Assembly (NCBI GenBank): GCA_963748215.1
Contig: CAVVHS010000004.1
Coordinates: 1 to 64,000 of the forward strand
DNA from: an uncultured Gammaproteobacteria bacterium
Lineage (GTDB): Bacteria; Pseudomonadota; Gammaproteobacteria; UBA9214
DNA: 64,000 nt
Reading direction: 5' to 3'
Position numbers and translations under genes: made by a program. This document shows, piece after piece, positions 41,381-52,499 of the stretch. The notes below the pieces were generated by a model. That model worked only from the letters and a program-made list of their open reading frames with translations. It was not told the origin of the DNA and made no database searches. Each line of letters starts with the position of its first letter. Positions within the stretch are counted from its first letter, which is position 1.

Positions 41381-42709
41381 ATGCTGCGCATGAAACAAAC
41401 GATCACGGTGTTTTTACTGTCTGGCTGCCTGCTGACAGCCCCGGCCACGCCGGCCGACGACCTTGCCGACGTCTACCGCAAGGCACTGGCGGCTGATCCG
41501 CAGTACCTCGCCGCCACGGCGGCATATCAGGCCGCGCTCGAGGTAAAACCGCAGAGCCGCGCCGGGCTGTTGCCCGATGTGGGATTGAGCGGCAGTGCCT
41601 CGCGCGACCGCTACGACCCCAGGACCAGCGGCCCGACCACCTACGCGACCAACCAGTCCTACAGCGTCAACCTGCGCCAGCCCGTCTTCCGCCGCGACCG
41701 TTTCATCCAGCTCCAGCAGGCCGACAGCCGCATCGCGCAGGCCGATGCCGTGTTCACGTCGGCGCAGCAGGAGCTTATCCTGCGTGTGGCGACGCGCTAT
41801 TTCGCCGTACTTGGCGCCCGTGACAACCTCGCCTTCGTGCGCGCCGACAAGGAAGCGCTGCAGCGCACGCTGGACCAGGCGCAGCAGCGTTTCGAGGTCG
41901 GCCTCGCGGCCATTACCGACACCCTCAAGGCGCAGGCCGCCTACGACATATCGATCAGCGACGAGATCAGCGCCGAGCAGCTGCTGGCCGATTCACAGGA
42001 GGCCCTGCGCGAGCTGACCGGATCACTGCCCGATACGCTGGAGATACTCAGCGACCAAATCCCGCTGCTGGTACCGGAACCGACCGACCAGGACCAGTGG
42101 GTCAGGTCGGCCATCGAGCAAAACCCGCTGATGCTGGCGGCGCAGGCGGCTACCGAGACTGCCAAACAGGAAATTCAGGTGCAAAATTCCGGCCATTATC
42201 CATCACTCGACATGGTTGCCGGCTTCAGTTACCGCGACAACAGCTTCGGTGGCGTCATCTCGCAGGAGCGTAACGACAGCAGCGTCGGACTGGAACTCAA
42301 CCTGCCCCTTTACCAGGGCGGCGCGGTCACCTCGCGCACGCGCCAGCAGCGTTCCCTGTACGAGCAGGCCGTGGAAGAAAAAGAACAGCAGTACCGCGCG
42401 ACGGAACGCCAGACGCGCGACAACTACCGTGGCATCGTCAGCGGCATCAGCCGTGTCAGCGCGCTCAAGCGTGCAATCGAGTCCAACGAGAAGGCCTACG
42501 AGGCCGCCAAGTCGGGCTTCGATGTCGGCACGCGGGATATTGTCGACGTGCTCGATGCCCAGCGCGAACTGCTGCGTGCCCGGCGCGATCATGCCCGCTC
42601 GCGCTACGATTACCTGCTGAGCACCCTGCGCCTGAAGCAGGCCGCCGGCATCCTCGCCGAGGAAGACCTGCTGCAGGTCAACGAACTGCTGGTCATGGAT
42701 GAGTTGTAG
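41381..42709 (+). CDS. tolC: TolC family outer membrane channel
   Basis: Signal peptide, DLADVY..AL..DP, RFEVG, GHYPSL, GFDVGTR..VDVL. Confidence 0.9.
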   Translation: MLRMKQTITVFLLSGCLLTAPATPADDLADVYRKALAADPQYLAATAAYQAALEVKPQSRAGLLPDVGLSGSASRDRYDPRTSGPTTYATNQSYSVNLRQPVFRRDRFIQLQQADSRIAQADAVFTSAQQELILRVATRYFAVLGARDNLAFVRADKEALQRTLDQAQQRFEVGLAAITDTLKAQAAYDISISDEISAEQLLADSQEALRELTGSLPDTLEILSDQIPLLVPEPTDQDQWVRSAIEQNPLMLAAQAATETAKQEIQVQNSGHYPSLDMVAGFSYRDNSFGGVISQERNDSSVGLELNLPLYQGGAVTSRTRQQRSLYEQAVEEKEQQYRATERQTRDNYRGIVSGISRVSALKRAIESNEKAYEAAKSGFDVGTRDIVDVLDAQRELLRARRDHARSRYDYLLSTLRLKQAAGILAEEDLLQVNELLVMDEL

Positions 42710-43262
42710 GGTGCACTCTGTGCACCATTGCGTGAGACGTGAATTAGAGCTCGGAATGATAATGGCCACGGAATCCACGGAAGAACACGGAAATACAAAT
42801 GCAGGACGTTTTTTGCAGGAGCGCATCTCATGCGCGATAAATAATGGCCATGGAAACACACGGAACAACACGGAAAGAATGTAGGGTGCACTCTGTGCAC
42901 CATTGCGTGAGACGTGAGACGTGAGACGTGAGACGTGAGACGTGAATTATAGGCCCGAATGATTATGGCCACGGAAGGCCACGGAAATACAAGACACAGA
43001 AAAACGTGGTCTGCCCCCTGTTCCGCTATTTCGCGTTCCAGTTTCTGCACATAGAAGGCTAACGGGAAGGAGCGTCGGCAAAATCGTCTGTCATGTATAA
43101 ATCAATTGATCTTTCCGTGTTCTTCCGTGGCTATTTTTAAGTATTCAATACTCGACCAGTTCGCGGATTGCATCCGCCCCTATAGATGCATGATGTATTG
43201 TAGGAGCGCATCTCATGCGCGATGGAATATGGAAAAGATCGCGCATGAGATGCGCTCCTACA
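42705..43262. repeat. Composite repeat cluster with REPs, CACGGAA units and a (GTGAGAC)5 tract
   Basis: Direct module copies at 42705 and 42880; heptamer tract 42907-42945; perfect REP doublet 43199-43262. Confidence 0.9.
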
Positions 43263-43296
43263 GATCTATTCATTGGATAGAACGGCGGAACACACC

Positions 43297-43807
43297 ATGA
43301 CCGACAACGGCCTGCCTGAACAACTGCCCGGTTTCGATGACCCGATCGGCTTGCTGCGCGCCTGCCACAAAAAAATGCTCGCGCACTGCGAGCTGCTGGA
43401 GGGACTGCTGACCGATCCCGATCCGGCGGCCGCTCAGCAGGTGCTGCGCTATTTCTCCACCAACGCGGTCACCCATCACCAGGACGAGGAGGAAGACCTG
43501 TTCCCGCGCCTGAACCGCCAGTCCATGAAACTGGCCGACCTGGTGCATCGTCTGAAAAAGGACCATGTCGAACTCGACCGGCTCTGGACCCGTATCGCGC
43601 CCGGGCCTGCGCCAGCTGTCGCAGGCCCGGGGCGACCCGGCCTTCAGCGAGGCGGTACAGGTGTTCTGTGCATTGTCCCGGGACCATATCGCACGCGAGA
43701 ACACGGATTTCCTGCCGCTCGCCTCAAGCAGTCTCAGCAGCACGGCGCTAGGCGAAATCGGCGAGGCCATGGCGGCGCGCCGCGGCGTGCGCTACTCGGC
43801 ACTCTGA
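43297..43807 (+). CDS. Hemerythrin/HHE domain protein (+1 frameshift near 43603)
   Basis: FDDPIGLLRACH, HHQDEEEDLFP, DH, HIAREN..FLP. Confidence 0.8.
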
Positions 43808-45084
43808 CAGGAATCAACTATCTGCCGGTCGATCATGGCCAGCACCGCAGCCAGCGCACCACGGTTCTTTTCCACGACCTTGCGCCCCTGCTCCCCGGCC
43901 TGGTGGCGTGCATTGGCGTCCTGCAGCCACTCGCGCACCGTGCGTTCCAGCCCGGCCACGCTTTCCACTTTGACGCAGGCCCCGGCTGCCAGCAGCAGGT
44001 CGCAGATCTCGGTGAAATTGAACACATGCGGTCCGGTCACCGCGGGTATGCCAAGCGCAGCCGGCTCCAGCAGGTTGTGCCCGCCGTGAGGTACCAGGCT
44101 GCCACCGACGAAGGCCACGTCGGAAGCGGCATAGAACAGCGGCAGTTCGCCCATGGAATCGCCGATGAATACCTGGGTCCGGTCGCTGCAGGGTTCGCGT
44201 GTACTGCGCAGGACCGTTTTCAGGCCACGCTTGCGGCACAGGTCCGCGACCGGCTCGAAGCGCTCCGGATGGCGCGGCACCAGCACCAGCAGACAGTCAC
44301 CGAACTGCCTGCGCAAAAGCCGGAACACATCGAGCACCAGTTCGTCTTCACCTTCGTGGGTGCTGGCGGCTATCCACACCGGGCGCCCGACGCCCCATTC
44401 GCGGCGCAGCACCTCGGCACGTTCCAGCAGGCTGGGCACGACGCGCTGCTCGAATTTCAGGTTGCCGGTCACGACCACACGCGTACTGTCCGCGCCCAGA
44501 CTGATGAAGCGTTTTGCGTCGGCGTTACCCTGGGCGGCAATCTGCGACACCGCCGCAAGCGTCTGGCCGACCAGCACGCGCACGCGCCGGTAGCCGCGCA
44601 TCGATTTCCCTGACAGGCGCGCGTTAAGCAGCAGCAAGGGTATGGACCGGCGCCGGCAGGTGGCGAACAGGTTCGGCCACAACTCGGTTTCCATGATGAT
44701 TGCCACGCACGGCCTGACACGGTCGAAAAACCGTGTCACTGCACCCGGCAGGTCATAGGGGGCATAGACATGCGCCACCTCGCCGCCGAACAGTGCCTGC
44801 ACCCTGGCCGAGCCCGTCGGGGTGACCGTGGTTATCAGGATGGAGTGATCGGGATAGCGGTCGAGCAGGGCCCTGACCACGGGTTGTGCCGCCTGCACCT
44901 CGCCGACCGACACGGCATGCAGCCAGATCACCTGCGATCCCAGTGGCGGCTCGATAAAACCGAAGCGCTCCGGCCAGCGACGCAGGTAGGCCGGCGAGCG
45001 CAGCCCGCGCCAGGCCAGGCGCAACAGCACCACGGGGGCCAGCAGGTAGAGCAGGATGGTATAGATGACGCGCAAGACAGGCAC
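43792..45084 (-). CDS. waaA: 3-deoxy-D-manno-octulosonate (Kdo) transferase
   Basis: WLHAVSVGE, METELWPN, GNLKF, AASTH, PRHPERF, GGHNLLEP. Confidence 0.95.
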   Translation of the reverse strand: MPVLRVIYTILLYLLAPVVLLRLAWRGLRSPAYLRRWPERFGFIEPPLGSQVIWLHAVSVGEVQAAQPVVRALLDRYPDHSILITTVTPTGSARVQALFGGEVAHVYAPYDLPGAVTRFFDRVRPCVAIIMETELWPNLFATCRRRSIPLLLLNARLSGKSMRGYRRVRVLVGQTLAAVSQIAAQGNADAKRFISLGADSTRVVVTGNLKFEQRVVPSLLERAEVLRREWGVGRPVWIAASTHEGEDELVLDVFRLLRRQFGDCLLVLVPRHPERFEPVADLCRKRGLKTVLRSTREPCSDRTQVFIGDSMGELPLFYAASDVAFVGGSLVPHGGHNLLEPAALGIPAVTGPHVFNFTEICDLLLAAGACVKVESVAGLERTVREWLQDANARHQAGEQGRKVVEKNRGALAAVLAMIDRQIVDSCQSAE

Positions 45085-45191
45085 CGGCTGTTTTCTGCCG
45101 CCAGCATAGCACAACCGTTCATGCGTGAATGACCGGATGGGACAGGCAGGAGCAGGCAGGGCCCGCACAAATCGCGTGTTAAAAACTGAAG

Positions 45192-45523
45192 AATAGCCAC
45201 GGAATCCACGGAAGAACACGGAAATAATTCGTATTCATGTACCGACTGGAGACTTCCGGATTGAGTGAATGTCCATCATCCATATCACTCCCGGCTTCGG
45301 CGCAGTCCAATATGCGTACTTCAGAGGCATCCAGGAAGGAGACGAGAGCAGGTCACGCTGTCTGCTTGTCTATATAGATTTATCTTTCCGTGTTCTTCCG
45401 TGGATTCCGTGGCCATTATCAAGCACAGGCCCGGGCCCCTGCACCAACCGACGCCCCGCAGGAGTGGACCTCATCCGCGATTTCCTGTCCCGCATATCCA
45501 TCGCGCTTGAGAAGCGCTCCTAC
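45192..45523. repeat. 33-bp inverted CACGGAA pair around a 160-bp unique spacer, followed by a degenerate GTAG REP doublet
   Basis: 45192-45224 and 45385-45417 (one mismatch); 45458-45523. Confidence 0.88.
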
Positions 45524-45623
45524 ACCAATAGAAATTCCTGCAGGCGCCGGCTGTCCGTAATAACTGCGAAATGTTACAGCGGGGCGTTACAATGGCAGCC
45601 GGATCCCGCGACCCGTACCTGTT

Positions 45624-46553
45624 ATGAGCAGCCCGACAACACTTGGCACCCGCCTGTACGCACCGCGTTACTGGCCGACCTGGCTCGGGGTCGTGCTGCT
45701 GTGGTGCCTGACACGACTGCCCTTCAGCCTGCAGATCCGGATTGGCCGCGTACTCGGCCACCTGATGCGTCTCTTCGGCGGGCGCCGCAAACGTATCATG
45801 CAGATCAACATCGACCTGTGTTTCCCTGAACTGTCGGCACGGGAACGCGCACGTATCACGTACGAGAATTTCGCCTCCATGGGTATCGCCTTGCTGGAGA
45901 TGGGCATGAGCTGGTGGGTATCCGATCGCCGCCTGCGCAAGCTGGTCACCATAGAGGGCCTCGAGAACCTGGACACCGCCCTGCAGGCAGGCCATGGCGC
46001 CGTCCTGCTGAGCGCCCATTTCACCACCATGGAAATCGGCGGCCGACTGCTGTCGATGTTCGCATCCTTCCAGGTCCTGTACCGTGAACACAAGAACGCC
46101 GCCATGGAATACGTCATTCACCGCGGTCGCAACAGGTTCACCCACAAGGCCATCCTGCGTGACAACCTGCTCGGCATGCGCCGGAGCCTGCGCCAGAACA
46201 TACCGGTCTGGTATGCACCGGACCAGGACTTCGGCATCGGCAAGGGCGTGTTCGTGCCGTTCTTCGGCATACCCGCGGCGACCATCACCGCCACCTCGAC
46301 GCTGGCGAAGATGGCGCATTCGCCGGTGGTGCCGTTCTACCAGACCCGCCTGCCCGGCGCGCAGGGCTACCGGCTCACGTTGCTGCCGGCGCTGGAGAAC
46401 TTTCCGGGCACTGACATCGAGGAGGATACCCGGCGCATCAACGAGTTGCTCGAAGACATCATCCGCAGGCAGCCGGAACAGTACCTGTGGGCACACCGGC
46501 GCTTCAAGACGCGGCCGCCGGGCAGCCCGTCGCTTTATCATTCCGGAACGTAG
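45624..46553 (+). CDS. lpxL: Lipid A late acyltransferase (LpxL/LpxP)
   Basis: PRYWPTW, HFTTME, YAPDQD, PEQYLWAHRRFKTRP. Confidence 0.9.
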   Translation: MSSPTTLGTRLYAPRYWPTWLGVVLLWCLTRLPFSLQIRIGRVLGHLMRLFGGRRKRIMQINIDLCFPELSARERARITYENFASMGIALLEMGMSWWVSDRRLRKLVTIEGLENLDTALQAGHGAVLLSAHFTTMEIGGRLLSMFASFQVLYREHKNAAMEYVIHRGRNRFTHKAILRDNLLGMRRSLRQNIPVWYAPDQDFGIGKGVFVPFFGIPAATITATSTLAKMAHSPVVPFYQTRLPGAQGYRLTLLPALENFPGTDIEEDTRRINELLEDIIRRQPEQYLWAHRRFKTRPPGSPSLYHSGT

Positions 46554-46617
46554 TCGTTGTCGTTGCCGCCGTGTCACGGGATAATCCTGCACAACACCGC
46601 GCAACAGGGCCAGCAAA

Positions 46618-47464
46618 TTGAATGATCGGACCAAAAACCCCGGGCGCTGGGGCAGCCATGCGCCACGCGGAACCGACCATCTGCTGTTACTGGCAAAAAA
46701 GGCGGGGCTGGCGCATGGCCCGCTGAAAAGGGTACTGGCCCGCGCCTGGCGGGCACGGCATCCCGGCACACCCGTCGACATCACCTACCAGGGCGTGCGC
46801 TTCAGACTGCACCCGTGGGACAATGTCACCGATGCCAAAATCCTGTTCGGTTCCCGGAATCGGGATCGAATCGAACTGGAGGCGCTGCGGGAGCGCGTTG
46901 CAGACGGCGGCATCTTCATCGATATCGGTGCGAATATCGGCTATTACTCGCTCTTTGCAGCCGCCTTCGGCGCCGCGCGTATTGTGGCAGTCGAACCGAA
47001 TCCGCTGGCCCTGGAAAGACTGGCTTTTCAATATATCGGCGAACGGCTACGGGGAACGGATCAAGCCCTTGCCGGTTGCCCTGGGCGCTTCAACCGGACA
47101 GGCAACACTGTTCATACCCGAGCAGGGCGACATGGGCGGCGGCAGGATCAGCGACCACGAGCTGGACGGCAGGCAGGTAACCGTCCCGGTGAGGCCATTG
47201 GCCACGGTGCTGGAAGAACTGGGAATCAAGCGGATAGATGCCCTGAAGATCGATGTCGAGGGCATGGAAGATACCGTGCTGTTTCCGTTTTTCGACACGG
47301 CACCCCGTTCCCTGTGGCCGCGCATGATCATCATCGAACATACCAGCGGCACGGACTGGAAGCGGGACATCCTGTCCTGGCTGCTGGCACATGGCTACAC
47401 CGGGAAAGCCAGGACGCGATCCAACATGGTACTGCAACTGGATGCCGGTGATACCGCCCCATGA
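46618..47464 (+). CDS. FkbM family methyltransferase (+1 frameshift near 47028)
   Basis: DIGANIG, VEPNP, LKIDVEG. Confidence 0.82.
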
Positions 47465-48502
47465 GCTCCGGCATCCGGGTAAAACTGCTGAGTCCTTTAA
47501 CGCAACGCTATTTCATGCACCAGTTTCCCGGTGGCGTTCCGGCCTGGGGCAACTGCCACTTCAGCTTTGCCCCCGAAGACCGGGACTATGACTGGCTGGT
47601 TGTGTACGAAGACCTGCCCGGCCTGCCTGATGTACCGCGCAACAGGCGCTGTGAAGAGCTGGCATGCGCAGCTGCACATACCCTGCTCACCACGCACCGA
47701 ACCCTCTTCCATCAAGCATTACGGCAATCCCTACACCCGGCAGTTCGGATGCGTACTGACCAGCCAGGAAGAATGGGCACTGCCACACCGCGACAGGATA
47801 TTCTCGCAGGCCGGCCTGGCGTGGATTTATGGCGTCGGACAGGCACACGAGATCCCGTTCGATGACATGCTTGCGAGGCCGCCGGCGCACAAGACCCGTG
47901 ACCTCTCCATGGTGTACTCACCCAAACGGCAGCGGCATACACTGCACCACCGCAGGAACAGGTTCATGCGCCAGTTGATGGATGAGTTGCCGGAAATGGA
48001 TGTCTACGGTCGCGGGGCACGTCCACTCGATGACAAGGCCGAGGCCCTGGATGCCTACCGCTATCACGTGGCCGTCGAGAACCATATCGGCCCCCACCAC
48101 TGGACCGAAAAACTGGCCGACGCCTTCCTTGGCATGACATTGCCGTTCTACTGCGGCTGCCCCAACGCCACGGACTACTTCCCGCCGGAAAGTTTCATTC
48201 CCGTCGACATGAACGACCCGCACGGCGCGGCACGCATCATTCGCTCCGCCATCGCCGCCGGGGAATACGAGCGACGGCTGCCAGCCATTATCGAGGCCCG
48301 TCGTCGGGTACTTTACGAGTATAATTTGTTCGCCGTGCTTGCACGCGAAATCGAAAAGCGCCATCACGCCGGATTACCGGGAGACACGAAGCACCGGATC
48401 TGTTCACGACATGCCCTTCGCCGGCACAGCCTGACCGGCGGCTTGCAGGACAGCTATGGCAAGGCCCGTGCGCGGCTGATCCATCTGTTCCGGCGCGGAT
48501 GA
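47461..48502 (+). CDS. GT10 (fucosyltransferase-like) glycosyltransferase (+1 frameshift near 47695)
   Basis: YRYHVAVEN....WTEKLADAF....PFYCG. Confidence 0.78.
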
Positions 48503-48621
48503 GCCGGTCACACGGCGCGCTGCCCGGGTCCGCAGCACCCGCCACGGGCAGCCACGCTGTTTTTGCAGGCGCCAAGCTGGTAAATTGCGATCGACCCGAC
48601 TAACGAAGAACCGAGCAACAG

Positions 48622-49344
48622 ATGAGCCTTTCGATCAAGCGACTCAGCCGCACGCTGCGCCAGCCGTTTCACTCCCGCCATGCCTTCAAACGGCTCGAGG
48701 AATACCATTCGAAGACGCGCACACTTGATGAGGTCGTCGACTGGGCGATGAACTTCGGCGGCCATGGCTACATGCGGGTGAAAACGCTGCAGATTCCGGC
48801 CGAGATCACCCTTCTGGCGCGGGCGGTACAACAGCTGGAACCGAAGACTATCCTGGAAATCGGCGCCGCCAGCGGCGGCACCTCGCTGATCTGGTCATAT
48901 CTGGCTGCAGAACGCGTCATCACCTGCGACCTGATCGACATGACGCACCAGTCCCCCCTGTTCACCCGTTTCCCGCCGCCCGGATCGAATTGCCGGGTAA
49001 CATTGCTGAGCGGCAACTCGCACAGCGCGGAATTCAGGGCGCGGGTCGCCGCGCAACTGGACGGCACGCAGGTCGACTTCCTGTTCATAGACGGCGACCA
49101 CACAGTGCAGGGCGTGACGGCTGATTACAACGACTACAAGGGCTTCGTGCGTCCCGACGGACTGATCGGTTTTCACGATATTGTGGAATGCCAGCCACTG
49201 CCAACCAACCAGGTGTATTACCTGTGGAAGAAGCTGAAACCGCTGGCCGAGGTGGAAGAATTTATCAACGACCCGCACCAGCGAGGCTTCGGTATCGGCT
49301 TACTTCACGTGCCACCGCAGGGCGCACCCGACCTGCCCGCCTGA
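48622..49344 (+). CDS. Class I SAM methyltransferase (Methyltransf_24-like)
   Basis: LEIG...GGT, FLFIDGDH, FHD. Confidence 0.82.
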   Translation: MSLSIKRLSRTLRQPFHSRHAFKRLEEYHSKTRTLDEVVDWAMNFGGHGYMRVKTLQIPAEITLLARAVQQLEPKTILEIGAASGGTSLIWSYLAAERVITCDLIDMTHQSPLFTRFPPPGSNCRVTLLSGNSHSAEFRARVAAQLDGTQVDFLFIDGDHTVQGVTADYNDYKGFVRPDGLIGFHDIVECQPLPTNQVYYLWKKLKPLAEVEEFINDPHQRGFGIGLLHVPPQGAPDLPA

Positions 49345-49360
49345 GACATCACCCGCGCAC

Positions 49361-50095
49361 ATGAAAAATATCGTCTGCATGAAGTGGGGCACATTGTACG
49401 ACGCCGGCTTCGTCAACAAGCTGTATGCCATGGTCAGCAGGAGCATCAGCGGTGACTTCCGCTTTGTCTGCATGACCGACGATCCGTCCGGACTCAATCC
49501 GGCCATCGAATACCGGGATTGCCCCGCCATCGAAGGCCCCTTGCCCTGGCGCGAAACGGGCTGGCGCAAGATCGCCCTGTGGGCCGGCACGCTGCCCGGC
49601 ATGGAGGGTGACTGGCTGTTCCTCGATCTCGACGTGGTCATCACCGGTTCGCTGGATGCCTTCTTCGACTATCTTACGGACAGGTCTTTCGTGGTCATGC
49701 AGAACTGGACCCAGCCGGGACAGAACATCGGCAACACCTCGGTGTACCGCTTCCGGGTCGGCAGTCATCCCGAACTGCTCGAGGAGCTGCAGCGCGATTT
49801 CATGGGCGTCATCCAGCGCCATGGGAATGAACAGACGTTTGTGACACGCAAAATTCCCGATACCGCATTCTGGCCTGACGAGTGGTGCGTGCTGTTCAAG
49901 GTACAATGCGTACCGGCAATGCCGATGCGCTGGTGGCAGGCGCCGCGACTGCCGACCGGCGCGCGCGTGGTGGCCTTCCCCGGCTCACCCAACCCGGATG
50001 ACGCCGCAGACGGCATCTGGCCGGCAAAGAGCTACAAGAAGCTGTACAAGCACATCAGGCCGGCCACCTGGATCAACGATTTCTGGCATGAATAG
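49361..50095 (+). CDS. Putative glycosyltransferase (DxD)
   Basis: CMKWGT.Y, CMTDD, FLDLDVVI, NTSV. Confidence 0.7.
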   Translation: MKNIVCMKWGTLYDAGFVNKLYAMVSRSISGDFRFVCMTDDPSGLNPAIEYRDCPAIEGPLPWRETGWRKIALWAGTLPGMEGDWLFLDLDVVITGSLDAFFDYLTDRSFVVMQNWTQPGQNIGNTSVYRFRVGSHPELLEELQRDFMGVIQRHGNEQTFVTRKIPDTAFWPDEWCVLFKVQCVPAMPMRWWQAPRLPTGARVVAFPGSPNPDDAADGIWPAKSYKKLYKHIRPATWINDFWHE

Positions 50096-50104
50096 GGTCT
50101 TTAA

Positions 50105-50878
50105 ATGAAAGCAGTCATACTCGCCGGCGGCCTGGGCACACGCATATCAGAGGAAACCCATCTGAAGCCGAAGCCCATGATCGAGATCGGCGGAAAACCC
50201 GTTCTCTGGCACATCATGAAGCTGTACTCCGCGCACGGGGTGCATGATTTCGTGATCTGCTGCGGTTACCGGGGTTATATCATCAAGGAATATTTCGCCA
50301 ATTACTTCCTGCATATGTCGGATGTCACTTTCGACATGGAGCACAACCGGATGGAAGTTCACCAGCGCAATGCCGAACCCTGGCGCGTTACGCTGGTGGA
50401 TACCGGCGATGACACGCTGACCGGCGGACGGCTGAAACGGGTGAACGATTATATCGAGGGTGAGGAGGCCTTCTGCTTCACTTACGGCGATGGTGTCGCG
50501 GACATCGATATCACCGCCGAAATCGAGTTCCACAAACAGCACGGCAAACTGGCCACTGTCGTCGCTGTGCGGCCGCCGGGCCGCTATGGCGCACTACAGA
50601 TGGAAGGCACACGCGTCAGCGGATTCCTGGAAAAACCCCGGGGTGACGGCGGGCTCATCAACGGTGGTTTTTTCGTGCTGTCGCCAAAGTGCATACAGTT
50701 GATAGCCAGCGATCAATCCAGCTGGGAGGGTGGAGTTTTAACCCGCCTCAGCGAACAAGGCCAGCTCATGGCGTTCGAACACAACGGATTCTGGCAACCC
50801 ATGGATACCCTGCGCGACAAGAATCAGCTTGAGGAGCTGTGGCAATCGGGCGAGGCTCCCTGGAAAATCTGGGAATGA
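50105..50878 (+). CDS. rfbF: Glucose-1-phosphate cytidylyltransferase
   Basis: [31 protein letters not shown]. Confidence 0.95.
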   Translation: MKAVILAGGLGTRISEETHLKPKPMIEIGGKPVLWHIMKLYSAHGVHDFVICCGYRGYIIKEYFANYFLHMSDVTFDMEHNRMEVHQRNAEPWRVTLVDTGDDTLTGGRLKRVNDYIEGEEAFCFTYGDGVADIDITAEIEFHKQHGKLATVVAVRPPGRYGALQMEGTRVSGFLEKPRGDGGLINGGFFVLSPKCIQLIASDQSSWEGGVLTRLSEQGQLMAFEHNGFWQPMDTLRDKNQLEELWQSGEAPWKIWE

Positions 50879-51939
50879 ACCGGTCATTCTGGAAAGACAA
50901 ACGGGTTTTCATCACCGGCCATACCGGCTTCAAGGGCAGCTGGCTGTCGCTGTGGCTGTCCGGACTGGGTGCCGAGGTTCATGGCTACGCCCTCCAACCA
51001 CCGACCGAGCCGAATTTCTTCACGGTTTGCGGCATGCAACAGCGCCTCGCCAGCAGCACCATCGCCGATGTCCGCGATATCGATACACTGACCCGGGCAC
51101 TGCAGGCCGCGCGGCCCGATATTGTTCTCCACCTGGCCGCGCAGTCACTGGTGCGCTACTCCTACACGGCACCCGTGGAGACCTATGCCGTCAATGTCAT
51201 GGGCACGGTCAACCTGCTCGAGGCCGTGCGCCACGTCCCCGGTGTCATGGCCGTGGTCAATGTCACGAGCGACAAATGTTATGAAAATCGCGAGTGGGTC
51301 TGGCCCTATCGCGAGAATGAGGCCATGGGTGGCTACGATCCCTACTCCAGCAGCAAGGGCTGCGCGGAACTCGTCTCTGCGGCCTATCGCCAGTCTTTCC
51401 TGGAGGCAGCCGGCGTACAGCTGGCCAGCGCGCGCGCCGGCAATGTCATCGGCGGCGGCGACTGGGCCGAAGATCGCCTGCTCCCCGATTTTCTGCGGGC
51501 GCTCGATGCCGGCGAAAAACTGAAGATTCGCGCGCCTGGCGCCACACGTCCCTGGCAGCATGTGCTCGAACCGCTCTCCGGCTACCTGATGCTGGCGGAG
51601 AAACTCGGCACGGAAGGCCCCGGCTTTGCAGAGGCGTGGAATTTCGGACCCGAGGAAGCGGACGCCAGAACGGTGCAGTGGATCGTCGAATCCCTGTGCA
51701 GCCGGCTGCCCGGTGCACAATGGCAGTGCGAGAACGCGCAGCAGACCCATGAGGCAAATGCCTTGCGGCTGGACAGTTCCATGGCCAGATCCAGGCTGGG
51801 ATGGTACCCGCGCTGGAACCTGCAGACTGCACTCGACAAGACCCTGGCCTGGCACCAGGCCTGGCGAGAGGGCCAGGACATGGCGGCCGTCAGCCTGCAG
51901 CAGATTCATGACTACGAGGCAACGGCAAGGCCGGCATGA
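50875..51939 (+). CDS. rfbG: CDP-glucose 4,6-dehydratase
   Basis: [33 protein letters not shown]. Confidence 0.95.
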   Translation: MNRSFWKDKRVFITGHTGFKGSWLSLWLSGLGAEVHGYALQPPTEPNFFTVCGMQQRLASSTIADVRDIDTLTRALQAARPDIVLHLAAQSLVRYSYTAPVETYAVNVMGTVNLLEAVRHVPGVMAVVNVTSDKCYENREWVWPYRENEAMGGYDPYSSSKGCAELVSAAYRQSFLEAAGVQLASARAGNVIGGGDWAEDRLLPDFLRALDAGEKLKIRAPGATRPWQHVLEPLSGYLMLAEKLGTEGPGFAEAWNFGPEEADARTVQWIVESLCSRLPGAQWQCENAQQTHEANALRLDSSMARSRLGWYPRWNLQTALDKTLAWHQAWREGQDMAAVSLQQIHDYEATARPA

Positions 51940-52499
51940 GCACCCGCTTCGAGATTCTCGCCACGCCCATCAGCGACCTGCGGATACTGCAGCGCAAGCC
52001 GCTCGGAGACGACCGGGGTTACCTGGAGCGCCTGTTCTGCACTGAAGAACTGCATGCTGTCCTGTCCGGCAAGACCATCGCCCAGATCAATCACACGCTC
52101 ACCGCCAGCCAGGGCACGGTGCGCGGCATGCACTTCCAGCACCCGCCCCATGCCGAGACCAAGTTTGTCAGCTGTCTGCGGGGCGAGGTGTTCGATGTGG
52201 CACTGGATCTGCGCAATGATTCACCCACCTTCCTGCGCTGGCATGCCGAGATACTGAGCGCTGACAACCACCGGAGCCTGGTCATCCCGGAAGGCTTTGC
52301 CCATGGCTTCCAGACCCTGAGCGACAACTGCGAGATGCTGTACTTCCATACCGCCCCCCATAACCCCGAGGCAGAAGGCGGACTGAACGTAAACGATCCA
52401 CGACTCGGCATCACATGGCCATTGCCGGTCACCGGCCTCTCGCCGCGTGATGCCGGACACCCGCCAGTGAAAGGTGACTTTGCAGGGGTCACGTCATGA
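51936..52499 (+). CDS. rfbC: NDP-4-keto-6-deoxyhexose 3,5-epimerase
   Basis: DDRG, RGMHFQ, GFAHGFQTL. Confidence 0.88.
   Translation: MSTRFEILATPISDLRILQRKPLGDDRGYLERLFCTEELHAVLSGKTIAQINHTLTASQGTVRGMHFQHPPHAETKFVSCLRGEVFDVALDLRNDSPTFLRWHAEILSADNHRSLVIPEGFAHGFQTLSDNCEMLYFHTAPHNPEAEGGLNVNDPRLGITWPLPVTGLSPRDAGHPPVKGDFAGVTS

Noticed and set aside
43273-44613. 446-aa hemerythrin fusion ORF
   Set aside because: Produced by the +1 frameshift reading antisense through waaA
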